Assembly (NCBI GenBank): GCA_024650005.2
Contig: CP122380.1
Coordinates: forward strand, 96,001-160,000
Reading direction: 5' to 3'
Origin: Candidatus Bathyarchaeum tardum
Lineage (GTDB): Archaea > Thermoproteota > Bathyarchaeia > Bathyarchaeales > Bathyarchaeaceae
DNA length: 64,000 nt
Part shown: in pieces, positions 20,017-29,200 of the stretch
How the letters are laid out: every line of letters starts with the position of its first letter
How positions within the stretch are numbered: the first letter of the stretch is position 1
The notes under the pieces: generated by a model
Told to the model about the DNA's origin: nothing
The model's database searches: none
What the model saw: only the letters and a program-made list of their open reading frames with translations
Position numbers and translations under genes: made by a program

Positions 20017-21042
20017 ATGAGTAAAATTCAGAAAAATTTGACTGAACTAAAAACTAAGCTTAAATTGTATGTTGACAAAGGTCGACAAATAGGTTTTAGT
20101 GATGTTAAACCTCAACCTTTGATTATTTCTAAACCTGACATAGCCAAAATTAAACCCTTACAAAAAATTAAAAACTGTAATTCCCGATTTTTTGCTGTGG
20201 ATTGTTCCACTCGAACATTAAAACGAGCCCACAACTGGGGAATTTACCTGATGCGAGTCGCTTACGCTTCGGTAGAAAACCGTAAAGTAACATGGGATTA
20301 TGAAGAAAGCATCGTTTGTGCAGTGGGAGACCGCCGTTACCGTTCAAACTTTTTGATTGATAATCGACTCCAAATTGAAAGCGAAATGGCCTTAAAACTT
20401 ATTCACGAAGAGGCTACTCCGGGAAGCTCTGGTGAGGATACTCTTCGCGAGTTAGGTGCAGGGGATTATATTCTGTTGGATGGAGCCAGTTTTTTTGGAG
20501 GAAAACGAGGTTTCCACACTTCCCTTTACGAAGAGGCTCTTCGTAAAAAGATTAATCTTCTTGCCATAAGTAAACAGTCTCCTATGCTATGTGACGAAAA
20601 AGGACGCGATTTTATGGCTTCAACAAGTGTGCTTACCCCTTATTCCCTTTGGGTATACCATCCAGTCAAAGAGGCAAACATGGAAAAACACCTTTATGGG
20701 GACGTTTCCCTTGTGAAGCTATGTGAAGATAGTAAACACATATTTCGTTGCGACATAATGGATTCAACATCTCAAAACGTAACTGAACTGCTCTCTCCAT
20801 TAACTTCCCTTTCTGAAGACCCAAGGTGTTTAGGATACCCTGTTACCCTTTGGCTTGCCCACGAATTCTCTGGAGCATCAGCCTCTAAACTTTTACAATA
20901 TTATGATTTAATCGAAAAAGAGTTAGAGACTGCTGGCATCTTAGAGACTCTTCGTGTAGAAGAATTATCCTGTAGTTTTGCTGACAAAATTCATGGAATA
21001 ACAAACCTATTTGAAGGAGATGAAAGCTTTGATAGAATTTGA
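20017..21042 (+). CDS. NurA-like nuclease
   Basis: FFAVDCS (AVDGS-like), ESE, ILLDG, LLAISK, GYP..L.LAHE NurA signatures; GAGGAG RBS. Confidence 0.8.
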   Translation: MSKIQKNLTELKTKLKLYVDKGRQIGFSDVKPQPLIISKPDIAKIKPLQKIKNCNSRFFAVDCSTRTLKRAHNWGIYLMRVAYASVENRKVTWDYEESIVCAVGDRRYRSNFLIDNRLQIESEMALKLIHEEATPGSSGEDTLRELGAGDYILLDGASFFGGKRGFHTSLYEEALRKKINLLAISKQSPMLCDEKGRDFMASTSVLTPYSLWVYHPVKEANMEKHLYGDVSLVKLCEDSKHIFRCDIMDSTSQNVTELLSPLTSLSEDPRCLGYPVTLWLAHEFSGASASKLLQYYDLIEKELETAGILETLRVEELSCSFADKIHGITNLFEGDESFDRI

Positions 21043-22594
21043 ACCCGTAGGCTTTGTTCGAGAAGTAAAAGGCGACACGGTTTCTTTTTTCCTGAATCAA
21101 GGAATAACACTTTCCTTTGGCCAAATCGTACGAATAAACTCTGAAAACCGAAATTTTTATGCTCGAATAGTTGATGCTGGAAGCTCTTCTACCCTGAAAA
21201 CAAATGAACAACTTCGAGAAGCAGAAGGCAAAGAATCTTTTGGACCCTACTCCAGCTATAGACATGTTGACGCTGTTTTGTTACTAGAAAATAATTCTGG
21301 CAGAATAAGATCTCCGACTTTTAACCCAAACTATATGGATCATGTTTACACAATTAATGAGCAAGACTATTTAATTTTGCAGCTTTCTGGAGATCTAGAG
21401 ATAGGAAGATTGCGTTCTGGCGAAGAAGTGCTAGGTGTAGTGGGAATAAACGCTAAAGCAATTCCTAAAATGATGGGCATGTTTGGGATGACCGGCTCTG
21501 GAAAAACTAACACCGAACTTATTTTGAACGCTCGAATAATTGATGACCCAACAACAGTTGGCCTAATTTTTGATTTTGCCGGTCAACTCCTTTCTGGCAA
21601 AGACTTCGGAGAAGAAAGCGGTCTCGGGGACCATCCCCTCTTTCATAGCAGGGTTAGTTACTATTCTGCCCGAGATGGCAAATTGTCCATTGGTTTGCGC
21701 AGCCTTACTCCTGGGCGGTTGTGGACTTTGTTCCCCGATATTGGTCGACCACAAATCAGGATTGCCCGACGATTGTATGAGAGTTTAGGCAAATGCTGGA
21801 TTGAAGAATCCCTTGAAGCATACCGCCAAGAAGGTCACTCTGGGGTTGGACGTATTATTAACCACCAACAAAAGGTTGTGATTATTGCTCTGATGAGCCG
21901 TCTTTCTGATTTGCCGCCACACTTGTTTCCAGTTTCAGATTACAACTTCATAGAAGATGTTGTACAAAACATAAGCAAAGGCGTTACTTGTCTTGTTGAC
22001 ATTTCCGGTTTGACCTCCGAAGAACAACGCAATGTGACTTGTCTTACTGCAACATTTGTTGCCCAACATTACAAACGTTTGTGGGAAAACAATTTTGAAG
22101 ATTGGAAAAAACTTCCAACTTTGTTGATAACTTTGGAGGAAGCTCACGAGTTTTTGGACCCAGAAATACGAAAAACAATCTTTTCAGACATCGCCCTTAC
22201 TTACCGCAAATACCGGGTTGGTTTAAACGCAGTAACGCCTAGACCCTCAAAAATTAATCGTGACGTGTTTGCAGAGTTGTGGACCAAAGTTATCATGAAA
22301 ACTGAGCTTAAACGGGACCGAGACTATCTTACCCAAAACACTCCTTACATGGAATACAGTGACACTGAGATCAAGATGCTTGACATCGGGGAAGCCTTGA
22401 TTATTTCAGAGCCACAGATTCGCTTTGCTGTTCCAGTTAAAGTGATTCATTATCCGACTTACCTTAGACAAAAAGGAACTGCAGACTATAATTTGCCCGA
22501 TTCAAAGACCCTTTCTGAAATGAATGAAAACCTAAAGCGCCTCAAAGCCGCTGGAGTGTCCCTCACTGGTAAAGCGGAAACTAAGACGGATTAA
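21011..22594 (+). CDS. HerA/FtsK-like ATPase with N-terminal HAS-barrel-like domain
   Basis: GMTGSGKT Walker A, LIFD..G, LITLEEAH Walker B, RKYRVGL; overlaps the nurA 3' end; start probably TTG ~21029. Confidence 0.85.
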   Translation: MKEMKALIEFEPVGFVREVKGDTVSFFLNQGITLSFGQIVRINSENRNFYARIVDAGSSSTLKTNEQLREAEGKESFGPYSSYRHVDAVLLLENNSGRIRSPTFNPNYMDHVYTINEQDYLILQLSGDLEIGRLRSGEEVLGVVGINAKAIPKMMGMFGMTGSGKTNTELILNARIIDDPTTVGLIFDFAGQLLSGKDFGEESGLGDHPLFHSRVSYYSARDGKLSIGLRSLTPGRLWTLFPDIGRPQIRIARRLYESLGKCWIEESLEAYRQEGHSGVGRIINHQQKVVIIALMSRLSDLPPHLFPVSDYNFIEDVVQNISKGVTCLVDISGLTSEEQRNVTCLTATFVAQHYKRLWENNFEDWKKLPTLLITLEEAHEFLDPEIRKTIFSDIALTYRKYRVGLNAVTPRPSKINRDVFAELWTKVIMKTELKRDRDYLTQNTPYMEYSDTEIKMLDIGEALIISEPQIRFAVPVKVIHYPTYLRQKGTADYNLPDSKTLSEMNENLKRLKAAGVSLTGKAETKTD

Positions 22595-23300
22595 TTTCCC
22601 TTCTTTTGAGAATTTTTTCCATTTCTTCTTTTAGTCTATAAACGTACGGCATTCTATGGGTGTCTCTTTCTAGGTAGCCATCTTTGTAAAGTTTTTTCAT
22701 TAGCCTTGCAGTATGCTCCCGCGTCAGACTAATCATTTTTTGTATTTCTGGAGCAGTTTTTTCGCCTTCTTTACCTATTGTTTCAAGAACTATCAATTCT
22801 GTTTCCGTCAACGGCTCCAGGGCTTTCTCTTTTTTTATTGGAATCGCTGCTTTGATTTTTACATCTGGTGCATGTCTTTCATATTTGATTTTTTCAATTT
22901 CAACAAGCTTTTCAAAAACTTTTTCTTGAGTTTCCTTTATTCCTTCAAATTCGTTTCGTATCTCGTTAATTTGACCTGAGAATTTTTCTTCAAAATCTGA
23001 AGGGAAATCAGTTATCCGATTACTGATTTTAATTAATTTTTCTTCATATTCTTCTACTTTTTTTGCAACTTCTTGATTTTCTACTGCAACCTTTTCGATT
23101 TTATGGGCCACATAAAGTACGCCCTCTTTTTGCCTCATAAGTTGATTATCTATGCTTACCACAATGTCACTTACTATTCCTTTGGCGTTATGATACTCAT
23201 GTCGAAGGGTTATTATGCGCTTGTAATACAGAAATAACACCGAAATCGTCCCAAACAACAAAATAGACGTCAATATTAGAAAAACATCTGAAATCATCAA
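22581..23300 (-). CDS. Membrane-anchored coiled-coil protein with C-terminal wHTH (MarR-like)
   Basis: Hydrophobic helix at residues ~6-26, heptad E/K-rich middle, then LTETELIVLETI..EGEKTAPEI...ISLTREHTARLMKKLYKDGYLERD....PYVYRL; GAGGAG RBS. Confidence 0.82.
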   Translation of the reverse strand: MMISDVFLILTSILLFGTISVLFLYYKRIITLRHEYHNAKGIVSDIVVSIDNQLMRQKEGVLYVAHKIEKVAVENQEVAKKVEEYEEKLIKISNRITDFPSDFEEKFSGQINEIRNEFEGIKETQEKVFEKLVEIEKIKYERHAPDVKIKAAIPIKKEKALEPLTETELIVLETIGKEGEKTAPEIQKMISLTREHTARLMKKLYKDGYLERDTHRMPYVYRLKEEMEKILKRREINPS

Positions 23301-23310
23301 AATCGCTCCT

Positions 23311-23450
23311 CACGTGTGATTTGGGTGTGATTTCGTGTGATGTGCATAACTAATCACATATCACACTAGTATATAAATAAACTTAAGTTTTTCGTCAAAT
23401 CTTAAAACGTGACATCACACGTCACAAACACCTCACATTACAACCACACG
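23311..23450. repeat. Cluster 1 of GTGTGAT/ATCACAC short repeats flanking a TATA box
   Basis: GTGTGAT at 23314, 23325, 23335; ATCACA at 23353, 23360, 23414; GTCACA 23421; CTCACA 23432; TTTATATA (minus strand) at 23370-23377. Confidence 0.85.
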
Positions 23451-23647
23451 AAAACCATTGACTGTTTGTATCCCCCAATCTTTTTTTATCCCTGTGTTTT
23501 ATCAATTTTTTTAATAGGCTTTGATTTTGTCAATTATTTTGCTAAATAAGCCTAAAATAAGCTTTATTTTTTTGTGTTTTTTCTTCCCCGAAACATTTTA
23601 ATGTGCCAATAATTACCGTCACCATGGCGTAAATATTCATTACTTTT

Positions 23648-23680
23648 TGTGAAAAAAATACTGTGATTTGTGATGTCACA
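23648..23680. repeat. Cluster 2 of TGTGA(T)/TCACA repeats at the 3' end of the HTH gene
   Basis: TGTGAA 23648, TGTGAT 23662 and 23669, GTCACA 23675. Confidence 0.7.
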
Positions 23681-24152
23681 TCTTTTTTGATATTTTGCGT
23701 GGACTGGACAGCTCTTCAAGACTGCTTTTGAGTTCTTCATGGAGTCTTTTGATGGTTTTAATTTGTTCCTCTTCTGGTCGTTTTTTTATTAATTCTCTTT
23801 GAGTGTCGATATACTCTTTTAATTTGTTTGCAGCCTCCAAATATGGTTCTAGGCTGATTTCTTCGAGAACTCCCAGGTATCCTAGTAACAAAATCGTGTA
23901 GATTGATTGCGTAACATTGTGTCTGGCCTGCCTCAAACTCCTATTAAACGCGCCTCTACTTACGGCTAAAATACGAATCTTAGCCTTTTCATCATATTTT
24001 AGACCCTTATCGGCTATATTTTCGGCTAAAACATCAATCAAAAGTGTTTCTAATTGTATTTTTGTTAAATTGCTGTTTTTTGCTAATATTTTGACTAAAG
24101 GGTCGTTTAAAGAGTAGTTTAGCCAATTCTGAGCCCTTTCCTTTACATTCAA
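23676..24152 (-). CDS. Putative HTH DNA-binding protein (Tfx / sigma70 region 4-like)
   Basis: SNLTKIQLETL...YDEKAKIR...VSRGAFNRSLRQARHNV resembles the LT.xQ...S..A.....RAR.N HTH pattern; C-terminal helical region; GTG/ATG start uncertain. Confidence 0.6.
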   Translation of the reverse strand: MNVKERAQNWLNYSLNDPLVKILAKNSNLTKIQLETLLIDVLAENIADKGLKYDEKAKIRILAVSRGAFNRSLRQARHNVTQSIYTILLLGYLGVLEEISLEPYLEAANKLKEYIDTQRELIKKRPEEEQIKTIKRLHEELKSSLEELSSPRKISKKM

Positions 24153-24509
24153 ATTAGTTTTTACAACTCCTGTTTTAAAGGATACATTTTTGTATACCTG
24201 CCATGTCCTAAAAACCTTTCCTGACTATTAAAACAACTGCCTTTTTGGCTTTGATGCTTTGCAATAAATTTAACATTCCAACCAAACAAACATTGAAACA
24301 AAAATACTTTTTGCAAAATAATTGAATTGCCCCTTCTCATGTTGGCTGATTATAATTCGATTTTTCTTGAAAAATTTATCATTTTAAAATTTTAATTAAT
24401 CAAATTGCATAGATTTGCTATTTTTTAAATTAGTGATTGGGAGCAAACCCTTTTTTTATATTTATTATGGTATTTTTTTAATATTTTTTCCTTTTTTTCT
24501 TCAATATTA

Positions 24510-24696
24510 TGTGTGATTCTTGGAAAAAATTTACATCACGTGTGATTATCACAGAATCACATGTGAGATCACGTTCGAATCATTTTTCCAAAAACCTCAA
24601 ATATTACTTTATTTTCATTTTAGCACTGTTTTTTGGGTTTTTTATTTGTGATGTGATTTTATGTGATAAGATTTTGTGATTCCTTTGGCATCACAA
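24510..24696. repeat. Cluster 3 of TGTGAT/ATCACA repeats in a 1-kb AT-rich intergenic region
   Basis: GTGTGAT 24511; ATCACGTGTGAT 24535; ATCACA 24548; ATCACATGTGAGATCACG 24556; TGTGAT 24647, 24652, 24662, 24675; ATCACA 24690. Confidence 0.85.
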
Positions 24697-25190
24697 TTTT
24701 TTCATTCAATCTTTGGAAAATGGTCAGTTTGCTTTTTTTGTTTTATTTTTTTGTTGATTTCGGAACAAAGTAATTTTTTGTTTGATCTATTTTGAGTTCT
24801 AAGGTGGTTAGAGCGATTTTTATTGTCCCCCGCTCATTAATTGTTATTTTTTGTCCTAAATCCTACAAAAAGATATATTGAATATTTTTTAAAAAAAGTA
24901 ATTATTTGATAGTAAATTAAAAATAATATAGATTAATAATAGTTTTACATTCATATTTTCTATATTTACGTGGATTCTTTAACATTTCCCTTTTTTAACT
25001 TGATTGCTTTTTTTCTTTCCATCATTACTTATTTGATCTAATTCACTCCCTGGATTTACGCAGTTTTTGTTTTGGTTTGGGCTTTTAGTTATGTTTTTAG
25101 GACAAATATTTAAGCCAATGTTGCGTTATACAATGAAACAAGCGATTTCGCTAATAATAACTAATGAATTTGTGTTAAAGGGGCTTTAAA

Positions 25191-25430
25191 ATGGGCAGAA
25201 GAAGACGCAAAGTTGTTCACATCCCAAAAAAGAAATTACCTACAGTTTTTCTCTGTCCCATTTGTGGTAAACAAGCAATTACTATCGAAATATTTCCTGG
25301 TGGGGTCCGTGCCAAAGTACACTGTACGGGTTGTGAATTAACCGAAGAATTTGACACAAGACCCGCTTTTAGTGAAATTGATATATACTGTCAATTTACA
25401 GACCTTTTTTATTCAAGATCCTCTGTCTAG
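25191..25430 (+). CDS. elf1: Transcription elongation factor Elf1
   Basis: MGRRRRK...KKLPTVFLCPICG...C..C...ID.Y..F.D. Confidence 0.9.
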   Translation: MGRRRRKVVHIPKKKLPTVFLCPICGKQAITIEIFPGGVRAKVHCTGCELTEEFDTRPAFSEIDIYCQFTDLFYSRSSV

Positions 25431-25444
25431 AACTGGGATCAAAC

Positions 25445-26191
25445 ATGATTGGCACGGTAGAGCAATATCTCTTAAATAAAATTAACAAAGAAGGCGCCAT
25501 TCATCTTACATTAATTGATCCAGAAAAAGTCACGCCATGCTCTGCAGTTCGGACGGCTAAAGAAGCAGAATCCTGCAACACAGCAGCAATAATGGTAGGC
25601 GGATCAACATCAATCACTGACCCTCACTTAGATGATGTTACTAAAGCGTTGAAAGATTCAGTAGAAATACCCATAATTTTGTTCCCTGGTAACCATAACG
25701 GAGTAACTAAATATGCAGACGCTATCTGGTTTATGTCTCTTTTAAATTCTTCAGATCCCTATTTCCTTGTTGGTGCTCAAATTTTAGGTGCTCCAATAAT
25801 CAAAAAATTCGGTATAGAACCCATTTCCATGGGATACATAACTGTAGGTGAAGGCGGAACTGTAAGTATCGTAGGAAAAGCCACACCCCTCCCTTACAGT
25901 AAACCTGAACTTGCAGCCGCTCATGCCCTTGCTGCCGAATATTTCGGTATGCATTTTGTGTATCTAGAAGCAGGTTCTGGTGTAGGTAATCCTGTGCCTG
26001 TTACTTTGATAAAAGCAGTAAAAACTGCAACCAACCTTCCCATAATTGTGGGTGGTGGAATACGAACAGGTAAACAAGCAAAAGAAATCGTCAATGCAGG
26101 TGCCAGCATTATAGTAACTGGCAATGTTTTAGAAGAAAACAAAAGCAAAAACAAGATTCAAGAATTGATAAGTAACATCAAAACCAGATAA
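25445..26191 (+). CDS. Geranylgeranylglyceryl phosphate synthase
   Basis: HLTLIDPEK, IMVGGS, ILFPG, FMSLLNS, YLEAGSG, VGGGIR, IVTG. Confidence 0.93.
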   Translation: MIGTVEQYLLNKINKEGAIHLTLIDPEKVTPCSAVRTAKEAESCNTAAIMVGGSTSITDPHLDDVTKALKDSVEIPIILFPGNHNGVTKYADAIWFMSLLNSSDPYFLVGAQILGAPIIKKFGIEPISMGYITVGEGGTVSIVGKATPLPYSKPELAAAHALAAEYFGMHFVYLEAGSGVGNPVPVTLIKAVKTATNLPIIVGGGIRTGKQAKEIVNAGASIIVTGNVLEENKSKNKIQELISNIKTR

Positions 26192-26266
26192 CCCTTGACG
26201 ATTCCTATTTGTTCTAGAAAGACTCAATACCTTGTTTTGTAACCTCTAAAACTAAGGAGAACCCTT

Positions 26267-29200
26267 TTGACGATTCCCATGAGCAAGGAATACAAGCAAT
26301 ACGCAGACAGTTTAGAGAAACAGCTTGAAGACATCTACGCCGTAGTAACCAAAGCAAGAAAAAAAGGCTTAGATCCTGCTTTGGTTCCCGAACCCGAGGT
26401 TGCTAAAGACTTAGCTGCCTTGGTAGAGGGTCTTGTTGGACCCCCTGGTGTTGCTGAAAGTATTCGGGACTTAACCAAAACCCTATCTCGTGAGGCTCTT
26501 ACTTTCAAGATTACTGAACAGATAATAAATGGAAAATTCGGAGTAATGGATTCTCGGGAAGCTGGAGAACAAGCCATGAGAACCGCTCTTGCCATATTAA
26601 CTGAAGGAATAACTGCTGCTCCTATACAAGGTATCGCAAAAGTAGACATTAAGACAAATTCTGATCGTACACGGTATTTGGCAATATACTATGCAGGACC
26701 AATACGTTCAGCAGGTGGCACCGAACAAGCTTTAACCATAATTGTTGGCGACCATATTCGCAGATTACTTAAACTGGATCGTTACAAACCTACAGAGGAT
26801 GAAATTGGGCGATTTATTGAAGAAATTCGTTTGTTTGAACGCTCAATTGCACGTTTCCAATATCACATCTCAGACGAAGAACTACGGAGAGGTCTACAAA
26901 ATATTCCTGTGGAAGTAACTGGCACTGAATCCGATCCTGTTGAAGTTTCAACTTTCAGGAATCTGCCACGAATTGAAACAAACAATGTTCGGGGTGGCGC
27001 TTTGCGCGTAGTGAATGACGGAATAGTTGGTCGAGCAGCAAAAGTATTAACTACTATTGAAAAACTTCAGATACCTGGTTGGGAGTGGCTCGGAAACCTC
27101 AAAGAGTTTTCGAAGAAAAAGAAATCTGGATTTATGGCTGACGTAATCGCTGGTCGACCAATTTTTTCGTTTCCTTCTCGGTTTGGAGGTTTTAGGCTTC
27201 GTTATGGGCGGTCTAGGAACACTGGTCTGGCTGCTGTTGGGATTCACCCTGCAACCATGTTAACTGTTCAGAACTTTCTTGCAGCAGGAACTCAACTACG
27301 TTTAGAAGGTCCAGGAAAAGGAGGAATTACTGTTCCCGTAGACAGTATCGAGCCACCTGTTGTTCGACTTAAAAATGGCTCAGTTGTTCGTGTTACTCTT
27401 CAAAATTTTGATTCCATCAACAAAATGATTGACAAAATCCTATTTTTGGGCGATATCTTGATTGGTTTTGGTGATTTTCTATATACTAACAAGCCTCTTC
27501 GTCCGGCAGGATATAACGAGGAATGGTGGGGTGAAGAACTTACCGTGGCTGTAGATGAAAAGTTTAGTGGTGATTTAGATAAAACTGCCAAAGCATTGGG
27601 GCTGGAAAAATCTTTTCTAGAAAAAATTTTGATTGACGTATACCAAAACACGCCCCCCCTCCCTGATGCCCTTCAGCTTTCTTCGATTTTGGGTGTTCCT
27701 CTTCATCCATTTTATACTTATTTTTGGGAAACTCTTTCTGCAGAAGAATTTGTGGCTTTAAGGAACTGGTTGTTAGCTTCTGAAATCAAAGTTGAAAATA
27801 ACACTGTGCAAGAGATTGTTGGTGTGAAAGATAAATCAATTAAATTTATTCTTGAAAAGCTATGTATTCAGCATGAATTAATTTTGAATACGGTGAAGAT
27901 CGGGGGTGATGAAGCTCACATTTTCGCTTTTTGTCTTGGATTTAACAAACCTGATTGTACAATTGAATCTTCAGAAACTGTTCAAGATATTATACGAAAT
28001 CTCACTGGGCTTATTGTTAAGCCAAAAGGTGTTAGTTTTGTTGGGGCTAGAATGGGTCGCCCAGAAAAAGCCAAACATCGAGAAATGAAACCCCTTGTTC
28101 ATACTTTGTTTCCGGTTGGTCTGGCTGGGGGGTCTCGTCGTAATCTTATTGATGCTTCAAAAAAAGTTGCAATCGAAGTAGATCTTGTTAAGCGTCGTTG
28201 TGTTAAATGTAATGCACCAAGTTTCACCCTTAAATGTGTTCAATGTGGCTCAGACACTGTTCTAGAGAAAACTTGCCCTCAGTGTGGTAGAACCTTAGAT
28301 CTAAATGAATGCCCTGCATGTAAAACTTCGACCCGAAGCTACGCTAGACAAGAAGTTGACATCCGAGGCTTATTGTCTATGGCTTGTAAGAATCTAGGTC
28401 TTCCAATGCTCAGCCTTTTCAAGGGGGTAAAAGGCATGACAAATGAAACAAAAACTCCTGAAATACTGGAAAAAGGGCTTTTACGGGCAAAACATGGTTT
28501 GTCTGTTTTTAAGGATGGTACAATCCGATTTGATGCTACTAATGCTCCTCTTTCACATTTTACCCCTAAAGAGGTTGGCGTTACAGTTGAACAAATCAAA
28601 GCAAATGGTTACTCGCATGATTACAAAGGAAACCCCTTAACCACCCCTGAACAAATTTGTGAACTCAAAGTTCAAGATATTGTTATCCCTCGAAAATGTG
28701 CAACTTATTTTCTTAAAGTCGCCAATTTCTTGGATGAACTACTTGAAAAAGTGTACAAACTGCAAAAATACTACAACTTGACAAAATCCAGTGATCTTGT
28801 GGGTTGTCTAGTTATTGGGTTGGCTCCTCACACTTCTGTTGGCATTGTTGGTCGAATTATTGGTTTTACACCTTTGAACGTTATTTATGCTCATCATATG
28901 TGGCATTCTGCAAAACGACGAGATTGTGACGGCGATGAAGATGCAGTAATTTTAGGTATGGATGCAATCTTGAATTTCTCCAAGGAGTTTCTTCCTTCCC
29001 AAATCGGCGGAATTATGGACGCTCCAATTTTGATTATTCCTGTTGTAAATCCCTTAGAAGTACAGCGGCAAGCCCACGAAGTAGATGTAACAGGAAAATA
29101 TCCTCTAGAGTTTTACCAAAAAGCCTTGGAAGAAGCAGACACTCGGCAAACAATGGGTATTATTGACGTTATTGCAGATCGGTTGAACACTCCCGCTCAG

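Noticed and set aside
23311-24696. CRISPR array interpretation of the repeats
   Set aside because: Units are only 6-7 bp, occur in both orientations with irregular spacing, and there are no unique spacers or cas genes.
24700-25190. Second replication origin in the AT-rich spacer
   Set aside because: Very AT-rich, but no ORB consensus found; only isolated C-runs.
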